Assembly (NCBI GenBank): GCA_038850285.1
Contig: JAWCMA010000010.1
Location: 1 to 42,776, forward strand
Direction of reading: 5' to 3'
Length of the DNA stretch: 42,776 nucleotides
From: Methanocellales archaeon
GTDB lineage: Archaea; Halobacteriota; JAWCLZ01
Below, in pieces: positions 1 to 9,105 of this stretch. The translations under genes and the position numbers were made by a program. The notes beneath the pieces are model-generated. The model was given only the letters and a program-made list of their open reading frames with translations, made no database searches and was not told the DNA's origin. Position 1 is the stretch's first letter, and each line of letters begins with the position of its first letter.

Positions 1-615
1 TTTGCTGAATATGCAAGGGTAATTAAGAAAATTGCAAAGAAGCATAAAGTAGTAGTGGTAACAGGAGGTGGAGCCATCGCAAGGAATTATATAGATGCTG
101 CTAGAAAGCTAGGTGCTGATGAAGCAAGCTGCGATTTAATTGGCATCGAGGTAACTAGATTAAATGCTAGACTTTTTATTTCAGCTCTCCGCCCAGATGC
201 CTATCCTGAGCCAGCCTTGGATTATAAAGAAGCTGAATCTGCTCTCAGTTCAGGCAAAATCGTGGTAATGGGAGGGGTTGCTCCCGGTCAAACCACTGAT
301 GCAGTTGCTGCGATCCTAGCTGAATATCTTAAAGCGGATCTCTTAGTTAATGCCACTTCTGTAGATGGTGTATATAGCGCTGACCCAAAGCTTGATCCAA
401 ACGCTAGGAAATTCGATAAATTAAGTCCAAGCGAACTAGTGGATATAGTTATGAAGATCGAGATGAAGGCTGGCTCAAAGTCTCCGATCGATCCATTGAG
501 TGCAAAGATAATTGAACGCTCAAAAATTCCAACTATTATTTTAAATGGAGAGAACCCTAGAAATCTTTTAGATGCAATTTTATTGAAAAAGAAAATAGGC
601 ACAGTCATCACTTAA
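1..615 (+). CDS. pyrH: UMP kinase (archaeal PyrH), 5'-truncated by the window edge
   Basis: Frame is open from base 1 (FAEYARVIKKIAKKHKVVVVTGGGAIARNYI). Motifs D-x-IGI-x-x-TRLNA, PGQTTDAVAA, VDGVYSADPK. TAA at 613-615. Confidence 0.95.
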   Translation, partial: FAEYARVIKKIAKKHKVVVVTGGGAIARNYIDAARKLGADEASCDLIGIEVTRLNARLFISALRPDAYPEPALDYKEAESALSSGKIVVMGGVAPGQTTDAVAAILAEYLKADLLVNATSVDGVYSADPKLDPNARKFDKLSPSELVDIVMKIEMKAGSKSPIDPLSAKIIERSKIPTIILNGENPRNLLDAILLKKKIGTVIT

Positions 616-622
616 TCTAAAT

Positions 623-3121
623 CTATCTCATTCTTTTTATCTCCTTTACTCTCCTGATGCATACCTCAGCTGTGAAGAGCGCGAGAGCTGCGGTTAAGAA
701 ATAAATACTAACATTTTTCTTTTCCTTCATCAACTTGGTTCCCTTTGTTTTTACATCTTCTAAGAGTTTTTCTCGAGCACTAGTTTCATCGCTATATACC
801 ATCCCTCCACTGGCAGTGATGATCTCTTCAAGGTCGCGGTTGAAGCCGAGTTTTTCATATTCAGCTGGGTAATTAACAGCTATGAGATAGCCTGAGAGGT
901 TGTAGAAACCAGTTTTACCTGCGCGGAATGAGGCTTGATAGCTATCCTCGCCTATTCTAGAGATAATCAATGGCTCTCCATCTAGGAATAGCGTAGGTGT
1001 GCCCTTTGAGGTTACCTCTATATACACCTCATCTCCCAAGCGAGCATCGCTGGCATCTATCTTCGGATCAATGCCCCTTTCAGGATCTCCAATTGCATAG
1101 TTAACCATGGCTGAGATCAGCTTTGAATTATTGCCATAGTAAACTTGAGAAGCCCATTTATTTCCATTATCTGTGGTGAATGCAATTACTCTGCCCAAGC
1201 CAAATTGCCAGACTGTTACAATTGGATTTCCATCCTCAGTGACAATTACAGGTCTAGCGCTGAATTTAGGGGTAGCGTGATTAAAACCAGTGATTGTTGC
1301 ATTAAATCTAGTGCCCTTGAGACTTTGAGCTATGAAGTGATTGGGATCACATACGCCCAAGCTAAACTCAGCTTTTTTGGTCTCCTCTTTCTTTTTCTCC
1401 TCGAAGAGCAAGTTAACCGGCGGAGCCTCTTCCAAGTTATAAAAAGCTCCATTGCCCTTAGTCGCTAGTTCAGCCATCAATAGATCGTCTCCAGGAGCGA
1501 CGTTTATGCCTATAATATAGAGCGAGATTCCTTTTTTGGCCATTTTCACAGCTTCCTCAGCCAGTCTAGAGCTACTATCGCTTGGATAGCCATCGGTGAG
1601 CATTATTACTATTCGCTTCCCTTGAAAAGTTTCAAGTGTTTCAGTGGCATTTTTAAGCGCTGGAAGAATATAGGTGTTAGAGGGATTTACAACAGGCTGG
1701 AGCTTTGAAATCGTATTTTTTATCCAAGTTCTATTTGGATATATATCCATTGGCACAATCACATATTGATACCGCTCAAAAGCGACCACTCCAATAGAGC
1801 TATTCAAAGGCAATTGATCTAGAACACCAGCAACATATCCCTTTATATAATCTAATACAATGCCCTCGCCATATGGAAAACTAGTGCTCCCGGAGATATC
1901 CACTAAAAATAATATGCCTATTTCCTCGGCTGGCCTTTCACTTAGCCAAGGGTAAACGGGTAGGAGTGCTTGAAGCGCTGGAGAGCTATCATAATCCCCG
2001 CGGTCATAAGCGTGGTCTCCACCGGCTACTACAAGTCCCCCGCCATCGCTTATATATTTAGCAAGCGCTTCAACTTCTGCACTGCGCATTTTACTTACAT
2101 GCATATCGTCAAGCACTACAGCTGAATATAGCTCAGGATACCTCAGCTCGCTGAGTACATCTACCTTGTAGAGCTCTCGAAGTACTTGGGAAAGAGGGCT
2201 ATCAACGGCATTGCTTACAAGCAGTACTCTAGGCTTGTCCACGGCTTTTATTGCTTTATAGAAAACATTGTTCTCAGCATAGAAATCGCTTGAATAAGGC
2301 TTTATCTCAGCTTTCACTGTATGAGAGCCAATGCTCGTGAATCTATGGGTAATGGCAATCTTTTCAGTTTTATTAACAATTTTATTGAGCTTTAGTTTAT
2401 CGTCTATCCACACTGTGAGGTTGCCCTTTATCTCGTTATTTCCAACTTTTCTAACCACTATATCAAAAGCCGCTTCACTTCCTGCGATTACCCTCTTCGC
2501 GCCAGTGATGCTAACTGAGAGATCAGCTTGACTGGGATTTAACCTTAAAGCATAAACACTTGTACCTAGGGTATTTGCAATTGAAATCGCTTCATCTAAG
2601 CTTCTACCGTAGTTATTATTGCCATCGCTTATAAGCAATATAGCTGAATCGCTCTTCGAATTCTGAACTATTGCATCACCAATCGCGGATTTTGCACCCG
2701 CGATGTACCTCTGGGTAACCGTGGTTTTTTCCTGAAGTGCCTCTGAAATTGCTGGGATGCGTGTTCTATCGAGAATTGCCATGCTCTCAGTTTGATCTTC
2801 TATAATAATTATCTCAGGCTTATCATTTACATAAACCCGCTCAGTAATTATGAAGGGCGAGGCAAGCGAGGCAATTAATAAGCTTATTATAATCATTCGA
2901 GATGCAATGAATATAAATCGCTTTTTCTTGATGAAGAAAGCCAGCAAAACTATAATTGGTATAAGCAGAGAGAAGACAATTGGATAGTCAAATGCTATTG
3001 AAAACAGTAGAGATTTCTCACTCCCGAACAAGCTATTTATATAGCTCAATAGATCCTTGAACTTAAAATAGAAATAATCTAGGTCTATGTTTATATTGAA
3101 ATTGAGAAAGGGAATTTCCAC
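623..3121 (-). CDS. Membrane-anchored VWA-domain protein (degenerate VWA, Ig/CARDB-like, GATase1-like with inserted VWA, C-terminal TM), 832 aa
   Basis: N-terminal TM helices. MIDAS DISGST...MLTDG, plus an earlier degenerate EDQTESM...LISDGNNN. GATase-like GGGLVVAGG...ALLPV and WQFGLGRVIAFTTD. C-terminal TM with basic tail. GTG start overlaps the upstream TAG, with SD GAGGTGA. Confidence 0.85.
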   Translation of the reverse strand: MEIPFLNFNINIDLDYFYFKFKDLLSYINSLFGSEKSLLFSIAFDYPIVFSLLIPIIVLLAFFIKKKRFIFIASRMIIISLLIASLASPFIITERVYVNDKPEIIIIEDQTESMAILDRTRIPAISEALQEKTTVTQRYIAGAKSAIGDAIVQNSKSDSAILLISDGNNNYGRSLDEAISIANTLGTSVYALRLNPSQADLSVSITGAKRVIAGSEAAFDIVVRKVGNNEIKGNLTVWIDDKLKLNKIVNKTEKIAITHRFTSIGSHTVKAEIKPYSSDFYAENNVFYKAIKAVDKPRVLLVSNAVDSPLSQVLRELYKVDVLSELRYPELYSAVVLDDMHVSKMRSAEVEALAKYISDGGGLVVAGGDHAYDRGDYDSSPALQALLPVYPWLSERPAEEIGILFLVDISGSTSFPYGEGIVLDYIKGYVAGVLDQLPLNSSIGVVAFERYQYVIVPMDIYPNRTWIKNTISKLQPVVNPSNTYILPALKNATETLETFQGKRIVIMLTDGYPSDSSSRLAEEAVKMAKKGISLYIIGINVAPGDDLLMAELATKGNGAFYNLEEAPPVNLLFEEKKKEETKKAEFSLGVCDPNHFIAQSLKGTRFNATITGFNHATPKFSARPVIVTEDGNPIVTVWQFGLGRVIAFTTDNGNKWASQVYYGNNSKLISAMVNYAIGDPERGIDPKIDASDARLGDEVYIEVTSKGTPTLFLDGEPLIISRIGEDSYQASFRAGKTGFYNLSGYLIAVNYPAEYEKLGFNRDLEEIITASGGMVYSDETSAREKLLEDVKTKGTKLMKEKKNVSIYFLTAALALFTAEVCIRRVKEIKRMR

Positions 3122-4995
3122 TAGAGCTCACCTCTATGCTTTAAATAAACAAGCTCCAGTATAATTAGAGCTAGAGCAAGGCAAAGGAGATAGGGCTCTA
3201 GATTGAGTTTTTCAATCCGTCTCTCTCCAGATAGCTCTGTTTTTTTCAGCAATGCAGCAGCTTCGCTGTTTAATTCAGAGGGTGAGAGATTGGATTCACG
3301 CTCATCAAGTAAATTGGCAGAGATCTTGCGGTCGCCAATTGAATATATTCCCACTTCATTTAAAAGCAAATTCTTGGTCTCGATGGTTTTAGCTCCAGCT
3401 TGAGATTCAAAGGTCACAGTTTGTTCAGTTGGAAATGGCAGGATTTCCCCTGTTTTTAAGTTAAAGTCCTTTAAATTATAAGTGACACTAACCCAGTCCA
3501 TCAGCTGGAGCCAGAAAACTGGATAGCTGGCTTTTAAATAGAAATCCCCTGAGATTGCATCATCAGGTGCATTATTTGTGCCCAGATAGATAACTCTTCC
3601 AAGTCCTTTAACCCAGTATACAACTATGGGCGTGCCATCTCTAAGGGCACTTGCTATGACAATTGAATTATTCCTTGCTTTAGCATTGAAATAATTATTA
3701 ACCCAGCCGAAGTCAATATCGCGGCTGAATTCATTTTCCAAGTCTACAACGATTTTGGTGGAATTACTGCTCAGCCCTGTGATTTCAACTGGTAAAAGCT
3801 CGCTGATTCCAAGTTTGGGCAAATCTTGCGAGGCAAGGACAACTAAATTACCTCCGCTCTCTACATAGCTCTTTAAGTCAGCTAGCGTGCCTGGTAAAAG
3901 AGAATTTTGCTTGACATTTGAAAGCACCACGAGATCTTGCTCAAATTTAGGAAGCACAGGCGGTATAGCACTTATAAGCTTAGTATTAGGGAGAACTGAA
4001 ATTGCAATATGCAGAGGAGAAGTTATATTCCCGCTTATTACAAGCACGCTTCGAGTTTTAACTTGAGGTATGGTGATGTAAATTATATTATCCAGAGATA
4101 AGTCATCCTCACCCTCAACCTCTAGAGTGATTTTCAAAATTCCCTCCTTTCGAGTTATATTCAATAGGGTGAAGAAGTCGCTGCTTAAACCGGGAATGAT
4201 TCTCGTATTACTGCTTTGAAAGCGATCGTTTAAGTAAACACTCACCGTTACTCTCTGTTTCTCCACTGCAAAGTTCTTCACCACGAAGGAGAGTTCATCA
4301 TCTTTGAACTTAGTGCTTATGATACCAACGTTCTTAGCAATGCTATTACTCGCTACCTGCACATATTCCACTTCTATATTCCCACTGGCAATGATTTTCT
4401 CCGCAATCAAGGGAGATAAACCCTCCCACCCGGCGAAGTCCGAGATTACAACGATTCTGCCTCTTTCTTTCCCAATTAATCCTCTGGCAAGTAAAATTGC
4501 ATCGCCAAGATTTGCTGAGGTTGCACTGGGTTGAAGTTGATCTAAAACTAAATTTGCATCCTTTACTCCCCCCTTTTCGAATACCAAAACCGGAGTATTC
4601 ATTGCTAAAATTATGCTAACCCTTCCCTGTGTATATTGCTTCGCAAGATTAATTGCTTGTGCAAATCTACTCGGCGCGACATCCTTTGCCTGCATGCTAG
4701 CACTGGCATCTAGCACTATAACCGTATGGTCAAAGCCTGCGGTAGCGGCGAGAATATACGGCCCAGCAATTGCAATGCTAAGTGCTGCTAGGGCAAATAG
4801 CTGAATTCACAGAAGGGGCTCAGCGATGAGTTTTCTTAAAATAGAATGATATTTTTTTTCTTTTTTTTCAGTATACATTATGAACATAAGCGAGGGGATC
4901 TTGACTTCCTTAGGCTTGGGCTTAATTAGATATAGAATTATAACTGGGATTAAACTTGCAAGTGCTATTAAGAGCAAAGAGTTCTCAAATTGCAT
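3121..4995 (-). pseudogene. BatA-domain/VWA/GATase-like membrane protein (~624 aa) interrupted by one in-frame TGA at 4807-4809
   Basis: ORFs 4807..4995 and 3121..4716 are in the same frame. Reading through gives MQFENSLLLIALASLIPVIILYLIKPKP...IPSLMF...EPLL*IQLFALAALSIAIAGPY...TVIVLDASASMQ, a continuous BatA N-terminus joined to a VWA MIDAS. There is no other stop or frameshift. Confidence 0.75.
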
Positions 4996-5853
4996 TTACC
5001 TCGCCACCATCACTTCGAAGAAGGCGTCGAATATTGGTTTATCGGTTCGAAAACTGTAAAATTCAGCTCCAACTCTATCGCAAGTTGCAGCTATAGCGTG
5101 GATGTGCTCTCGAAGTCTCTGAAGGTATTCCTCCTTAAACCTAGGGCTGACGTAGGTTTTGATGTCTTTAGCTGTCTCTAAATCATAAAGCTTGACATCT
5201 CCCTCTAACTCAACATTCCACTCCTGCTTATCCAGCACCTGCACGAGAATTAAGTCATGGCTTGCAAGGCGATATATAGCGGCATTTATTGACTCAATTT
5301 TATCTAGGAAATCTGAGATCACTATCACCAGCGATTTAGAGGTAATTACCTTAATGTATTCCTCGATGCATCTTGCTAAGTTTGTCTTCCCAGCGAGTTT
5401 TAAATTATTGAGATAGTCAATCATTCCCATTAAATAAGCAGTGCCTCGCTTGGTTGGCATTATATTTACATCCTCAGAAAAAGTTGATATTCCAAATTTC
5501 TCATTCTCTTTGGTTACGATGTATGCAAATCCAGTGGCGAGCATTGCAGCGTAGTCGAATTTAGAGAAAATGCCACTTTTGAATTCCATACTCTTACTTG
5601 CATCAAGTAAAATATGAGCAGTTAAGTTTTTCTCCTCTTCATATTGCCTTATATAGAGCTTTTCGGTTCTTGCGTATAGCCGCCAGTCAATGGTTTTAAT
5701 GTCATCGCCTGGCATGTACTCGCGATATCCAACGATTCCAATACCCTTACCGTAGCGTATAGATCTTCTAGCCCCAGCGTAAACTGTTGAAACTCGCTTT
5801 CTCATTAGGAAATTGAATCTATCTAATTCTTCGAAGAAGTCCGTCTCGATCAA
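4996..5853 (-). CDS. DUF58 family (VWA-like) MoxR-associated protein
   Basis: YREYMPGDDIKTIDWRLYART, LLDASKSM, VIVISDF. Lies directly downstream of moxR. Confidence 0.92.
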   Translation of the reverse strand: MIETDFFEELDRFNFLMRKRVSTVYAGARRSIRYGKGIGIVGYREYMPGDDIKTIDWRLYARTEKLYIRQYEEEKNLTAHILLDASKSMEFKSGIFSKFDYAAMLATGFAYIVTKENEKFGISTFSEDVNIMPTKRGTAYLMGMIDYLNNLKLAGKTNLARCIEEYIKVITSKSLVIVISDFLDKIESINAAIYRLASHDLILVQVLDKQEWNVELEGDVKLYDLETAKDIKTYVSPRFKEEYLQRLREHIHAIAATCDRVGAEFYSFRTDKPIFDAFFEVMVAR

Positions 5854-5860
5854 GAGCTTA

Positions 5861-6817
5861 TCACCTAGCTTGTTTTAAAATTTCAGCTATCACTTGATCT
5901 TTAGTTATACCCCTCCGCTCGGCTTCGAATGTGAGAATTATTCTATGCCGGAGCACTGGATATGCCGTGGCTTCTATATCTTCTCTACTTACATAGTTTC
6001 GGCCGTGTGTGAGTGCCCTTGCCTTCGCAGCCAGTATTAAACCAATCGACGCCCGAGGAGAAGCGCCGTATTCAATGTGATGTTGCTTGGCATTTCTCGT
6101 TGCAGTTACAATTTTTAAAACATATTGCTTTATATCCTCTGAAACTGGCACTTCTCTAGTAAGCTGTTGAAGTGCAATTAAAGTTTCTTTTTTAATCACA
6201 GGCTTCACAGCTGGAAGTACATTGCCAGTATAGCGATCTATAATTGCTTTTTCATCGTTAGGCGCAGGATAATCTATAAGAATCTTCATCAAAAAGCGGT
6301 CAAGCTGAGCCTCGGGAAGGGGATATGTACCTTCCATTTCAATTGGATTTTGAGTTGCAAGTACAAAGAAAGGTCTATCGAGTATATGAGTTTCATTGCC
6401 CACGGTAACCTGACGCTCCTGCATGCATTCAAGCATTGCGCTTTGGGTTTTAGGTGAGGCGCGATTGATTTCATCTGCTAGCACTATGTTTGCAAAAATC
6501 GGGCCTTTTTCAAATCTAAATACCTTCTTGCCATCGTGCTCCTCCACTATATAAGTGCCGGTTATATCAGAGGGCATGAGGTCTGGGGTGCACTGGATTC
6601 TGCTGAACTTTAAATCCGTGATTTTTGCAAGTGTGCTTACTGTTAAAGTCTTGCCTAAGCCTGGGTAGCTCTCAATCAAAGCATGGCCATTGCAGAGCAT
6701 TGCAATCAAGATTTGCTCGAGCACTGTTCTCTGGCCAACTATTACCTTTTCCACTTCCTCGAATATCGACTTGATGATCCTTCCTGCTTCTCTATATGTT
6801 TCTAAAAGCTGATCTAT
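5861..6817 (-). CDS. moxR: MoxR family AAA+ ATPase (probable non-canonical ATA start at 6817; first canonical start is GTG at 6754)
   Basis: Walker A PGLGKT, RIQCTPDLMPSDITG, Walker B LADEINRASPKTQSAMLE, ATQNPIEMEGTYPLPEAQLDRF, GASPRA. The frame stays open upstream of 6754, giving DQLLETYREAGRIIKSIFEE. Confidence 0.93.
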   Translation of the reverse strand: MDQLLETYREAGRIIKSIFEEVEKVIVGQRTVLEQILIAMLCNGHALIESYPGLGKTLTVSTLAKITDLKFSRIQCTPDLMPSDITGTYIVEEHDGKKVFRFEKGPIFANIVLADEINRASPKTQSAMLECMQERQVTVGNETHILDRPFFVLATQNPIEMEGTYPLPEAQLDRFLMKILIDYPAPNDEKAIIDRYTGNVLPAVKPVIKKETLIALQQLTREVPVSEDIKQYVLKIVTATRNAKQHHIEYGASPRASIGLILAAKARALTHGRNYVSREDIEATAYPVLRHRIILTFEAERRGITKDQVIAEILKQAR

Positions 6818-6818
6818 A

Positions 6819-7658
6819 TTACCACACTCCTAGCTGGGATAAATTCGTGAAATAATTCTTTATTACCTCTTCATGCACTTGGGGTAGATTTTCCTCATAC
6901 CCCGAGCTCGCTATTGCACTCACTGGGAATTGCTCTGAGGTACCATATTCCGGCAGCTCAGTTTCAGCTCGGCGTAGCCCAAGTTCACTGCTTACTCCGC
7001 GGTAGATCTTGAAATCTATATTCTCACCCTCGATCTTTGCAATCGATGCCTCTCCCCAGATGTTTGACTCACCAGTATCCTCTCCTGGAACAGCGATGCG
7101 AGTTCTATTCCCGCGAGTTTTATTTATTTGTTTATCCGCTTGATTCACCTGCGAGCCCCCGTTGCTTGGACTTGGAGGTAATATTTTACCGATTGATTCC
7201 TCTACATATTGATCTACATTGGCAAATGTGAGGGAAATCATTATGAAAGCCATGCATACTATTGCAAGCACTTTTTTAGAGATATTTCTAGCTGGGAAGA
7301 AGGAGGAATATTTTATTTCATCCATATCCCTAGAAACCTGCTGGCTTAAGTCTCTGGCGATTAAGCTTTCCACGCCTATGTTGTCATAAGCAGTTTGAAG
7401 ACGTTCATTGAGCTTTGGATATCTGCGAACCACCTCTGAGATAATATTAAATTTAAAGTATTTTATTAATCTATATGTGAAATATGCGATTGCAAAGCCC
7501 GCGGCAAAGCGGGTGTCAATCTTCAAGAATAAGAATATTATGTATAAAATCATAAATATTAAAAAAGCATCTAAAGTTGCTTCATAGACCTTGAAACCCT
7601 TAAAAGCTCTTTTCAGCCGCTTGACCTTAACATAAACTTCATCTAAGGTTTCGCTCAT
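6819..7658 (-). CDS. Conserved membrane protein of MoxR/DUF58/VWA operons
   Basis: Two to three TM segments, YPKLNERLQTAYD motif, C-terminal EEVIKNYF. SD GGAGGT. Coupled to moxR. Confidence 0.75.
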   Translation of the reverse strand: MSETLDEVYVKVKRLKRAFKGFKVYEATLDAFLIFMILYIIFLFLKIDTRFAAGFAIAYFTYRLIKYFKFNIISEVVRRYPKLNERLQTAYDNIGVESLIARDLSQQVSRDMDEIKYSSFFPARNISKKVLAIVCMAFIMISLTFANVDQYVEESIGKILPPSPSNGGSQVNQADKQINKTRGNRTRIAVPGEDTGESNIWGEASIAKIEGENIDFKIYRGVSSELGLRRAETELPEYGTSEQFPVSAIASSGYEENLPQVHEEVIKNYFTNLSQLGVW

Positions 7659-7665
7659 AAACCTC

Positions 7666-8181
7666 CTATGGTAAAGCTTGCAATTCCATCATTTCCTGCT
7701 CCACTATCTCCATTCTCTCATCTACCCAGTTAATATCAACGCTTAACGCACTCTTTAATGTTTCATTGGCATTTATTTTATTCCTCAGTTCATCAATGGC
7801 ACTGCGCAAACTCCGCGTAGAATTATAAAGCTCAACTTTTTTCGCTCTATAGCTAGCGAGAGTTTGATTCAAGGCATCGCGCTGGGCTCTGGTTTCCAAC
7901 AGTTGTTTATCCACCTCTGCCTTTTCTTTCTCTAAACTAGTATATTTAACTCTAAGCACCTCAAAGTCTTTTCCAGTTTTATTCAGCTCTTCCTCTGTTT
8001 TATTCAGCTGCTGCTCTTTCTCAGCAAGCTCATTTATCCTCGCCTGAAGCTGCTTTAAAGTCGCATCATAAGCGCTTGACAAACCCTTGTAGGTACTCTG
8101 ATAGTAAATGCTCATCCCGACGATTGCAACGAGCAAGCCCAAAATTATTATCAGCAAAGCATAATTTACATCTCTTTCCAT
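7666..8181 (-). CDS. Single-TM coiled-coil protein, first gene of the MoxR operon
   Basis: N-terminal hydrophobic helix followed by ~140 aa of heptad-rich E/K/L/Q sequence. SD GGAGG upstream. Confidence 0.8.
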   Translation of the reverse strand: MERDVNYALLIIILGLLVAIVGMSIYYQSTYKGLSSAYDATLKQLQARINELAEKEQQLNKTEEELNKTGKDFEVLRVKYTSLEKEKAEVDKQLLETRAQRDALNQTLASYRAKKVELYNSTRSLRSAIDELRNKINANETLKSALSVDINWVDERMEIVEQEMMELQALP

Positions 8182-8387
8182 TTAGCCTCCATCCCACTAC
8201 TTCTATAAAATTCGCTATCCAACTATTTAGGATTTACGCAAAAAGGGAAAGGAGAAACTACTTTTCTTTTTAACCTTTTCCTAAGTCCTTTTGAATCCTC
8301 TTCCCTATTAAATCTTCTTCCCATAATTATATTGTTGATCGATGATAAAGCCAATATTAATAAGATATTGAATTAAATTGATATGCA

Positions 8388-8639
8388 ATGAAAGCACTGG
8401 AGATCGATCGAGAGGTGTATGAATTCATAAAAGCTAGAAAGCGGGATTATCGAGTTTGCACTTCTTGCGATGGCGCAGTAATTTTGCCAGTGGAAATTAA
8501 GCCGCCGAAGCAATCGGATTATAAGATCAAAATTGGGGAGAATACGCTCTATATTTCTGAAGTGCAATTTAAAATATTAAGAAGAATAGATTCCTCAATG
8601 TTATACTGGGTTAGATTATATGATAACTTCTCAATTTAA
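8388..8639 (+). CDS. Small conserved hypothetical protein with CxxC (RVCTSC), 83 aa
   Basis: Clean ORF 17 nt upstream of archease. RDYRVCTSCDGAVILPVEIKPPK resembles a small family I recall from Methanomicrobia. Confidence 0.75.
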   Translation: MKALEIDREVYEFIKARKRDYRVCTSCDGAVILPVEIKPPKQSDYKIKIGENTLYISEVQFKILRRIDSSMLYWVRLYDNFSI

Positions 8640-8656
8640 GTTTAATTTGTGATTAT

Positions 8657-9091
8657 ATGAGGGAGGAGAAATTTGAGTATTTGGAGCATACCGCTGATGT
8701 AAAATTCAAAGCATATGGCAATTGCCTAGAAGAAGCTTTCGCTAGTGCTGCTTTTGCCATGTTCAATGCAATGATCGATCTCAGCGAAGTTTCCAATAAG
8801 CAGGAAATTGCAATTAACCTTGAAGCAGAGAGCTTGGAAGACCTGCTCTATGACTGGCTTTCTGAACTGCTGTATCAATTCGATGCCAATTATATAATAT
8901 TTGGAAAATTTGAAGTTGATAAAATCATTGAAAAGGAAGGTAAATTTTTAATAGAAGCAAGAGTATTTGGAGAGCAGATTGATCTAAAGAAACATAAATT
9001 TCATCTGCAGGTGAAAGCAGTTACCTTTCACGATATGCAGATCAAAAAAAGCAATGACCACTGGATGATTCAGGTTTTACTAGATACATAG
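8657..9091 (+). CDS. Archease
   Basis: FEYLEHTADV N-terminus, LEDLLYDWLSELL, VKAVTFH, C-terminal LD. Adjacent to rtcB. Confidence 0.95.
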   Translation: MREEKFEYLEHTADVKFKAYGNCLEEAFASAAFAMFNAMIDLSEVSNKQEIAINLEAESLEDLLYDWLSELLYQFDANYIIFGKFEVDKIIEKEGKFLIEARVFGEQIDLKKHKFHLQVKAVTFHDMQIKKSNDHWMIQVLLDT

Positions 9092-9105
9092 AAGGAGATG
9101 GGAAA

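Noticed and set aside
4807-4809. Genome-wide UGA=Trp or selenocysteine recoding
   Set aside because: TGA terminates several genes at their expected ends (rtcB 10543-10545, moxR, xseB). The site lies in a TM helix with no redox motif, and I see no SECIS.
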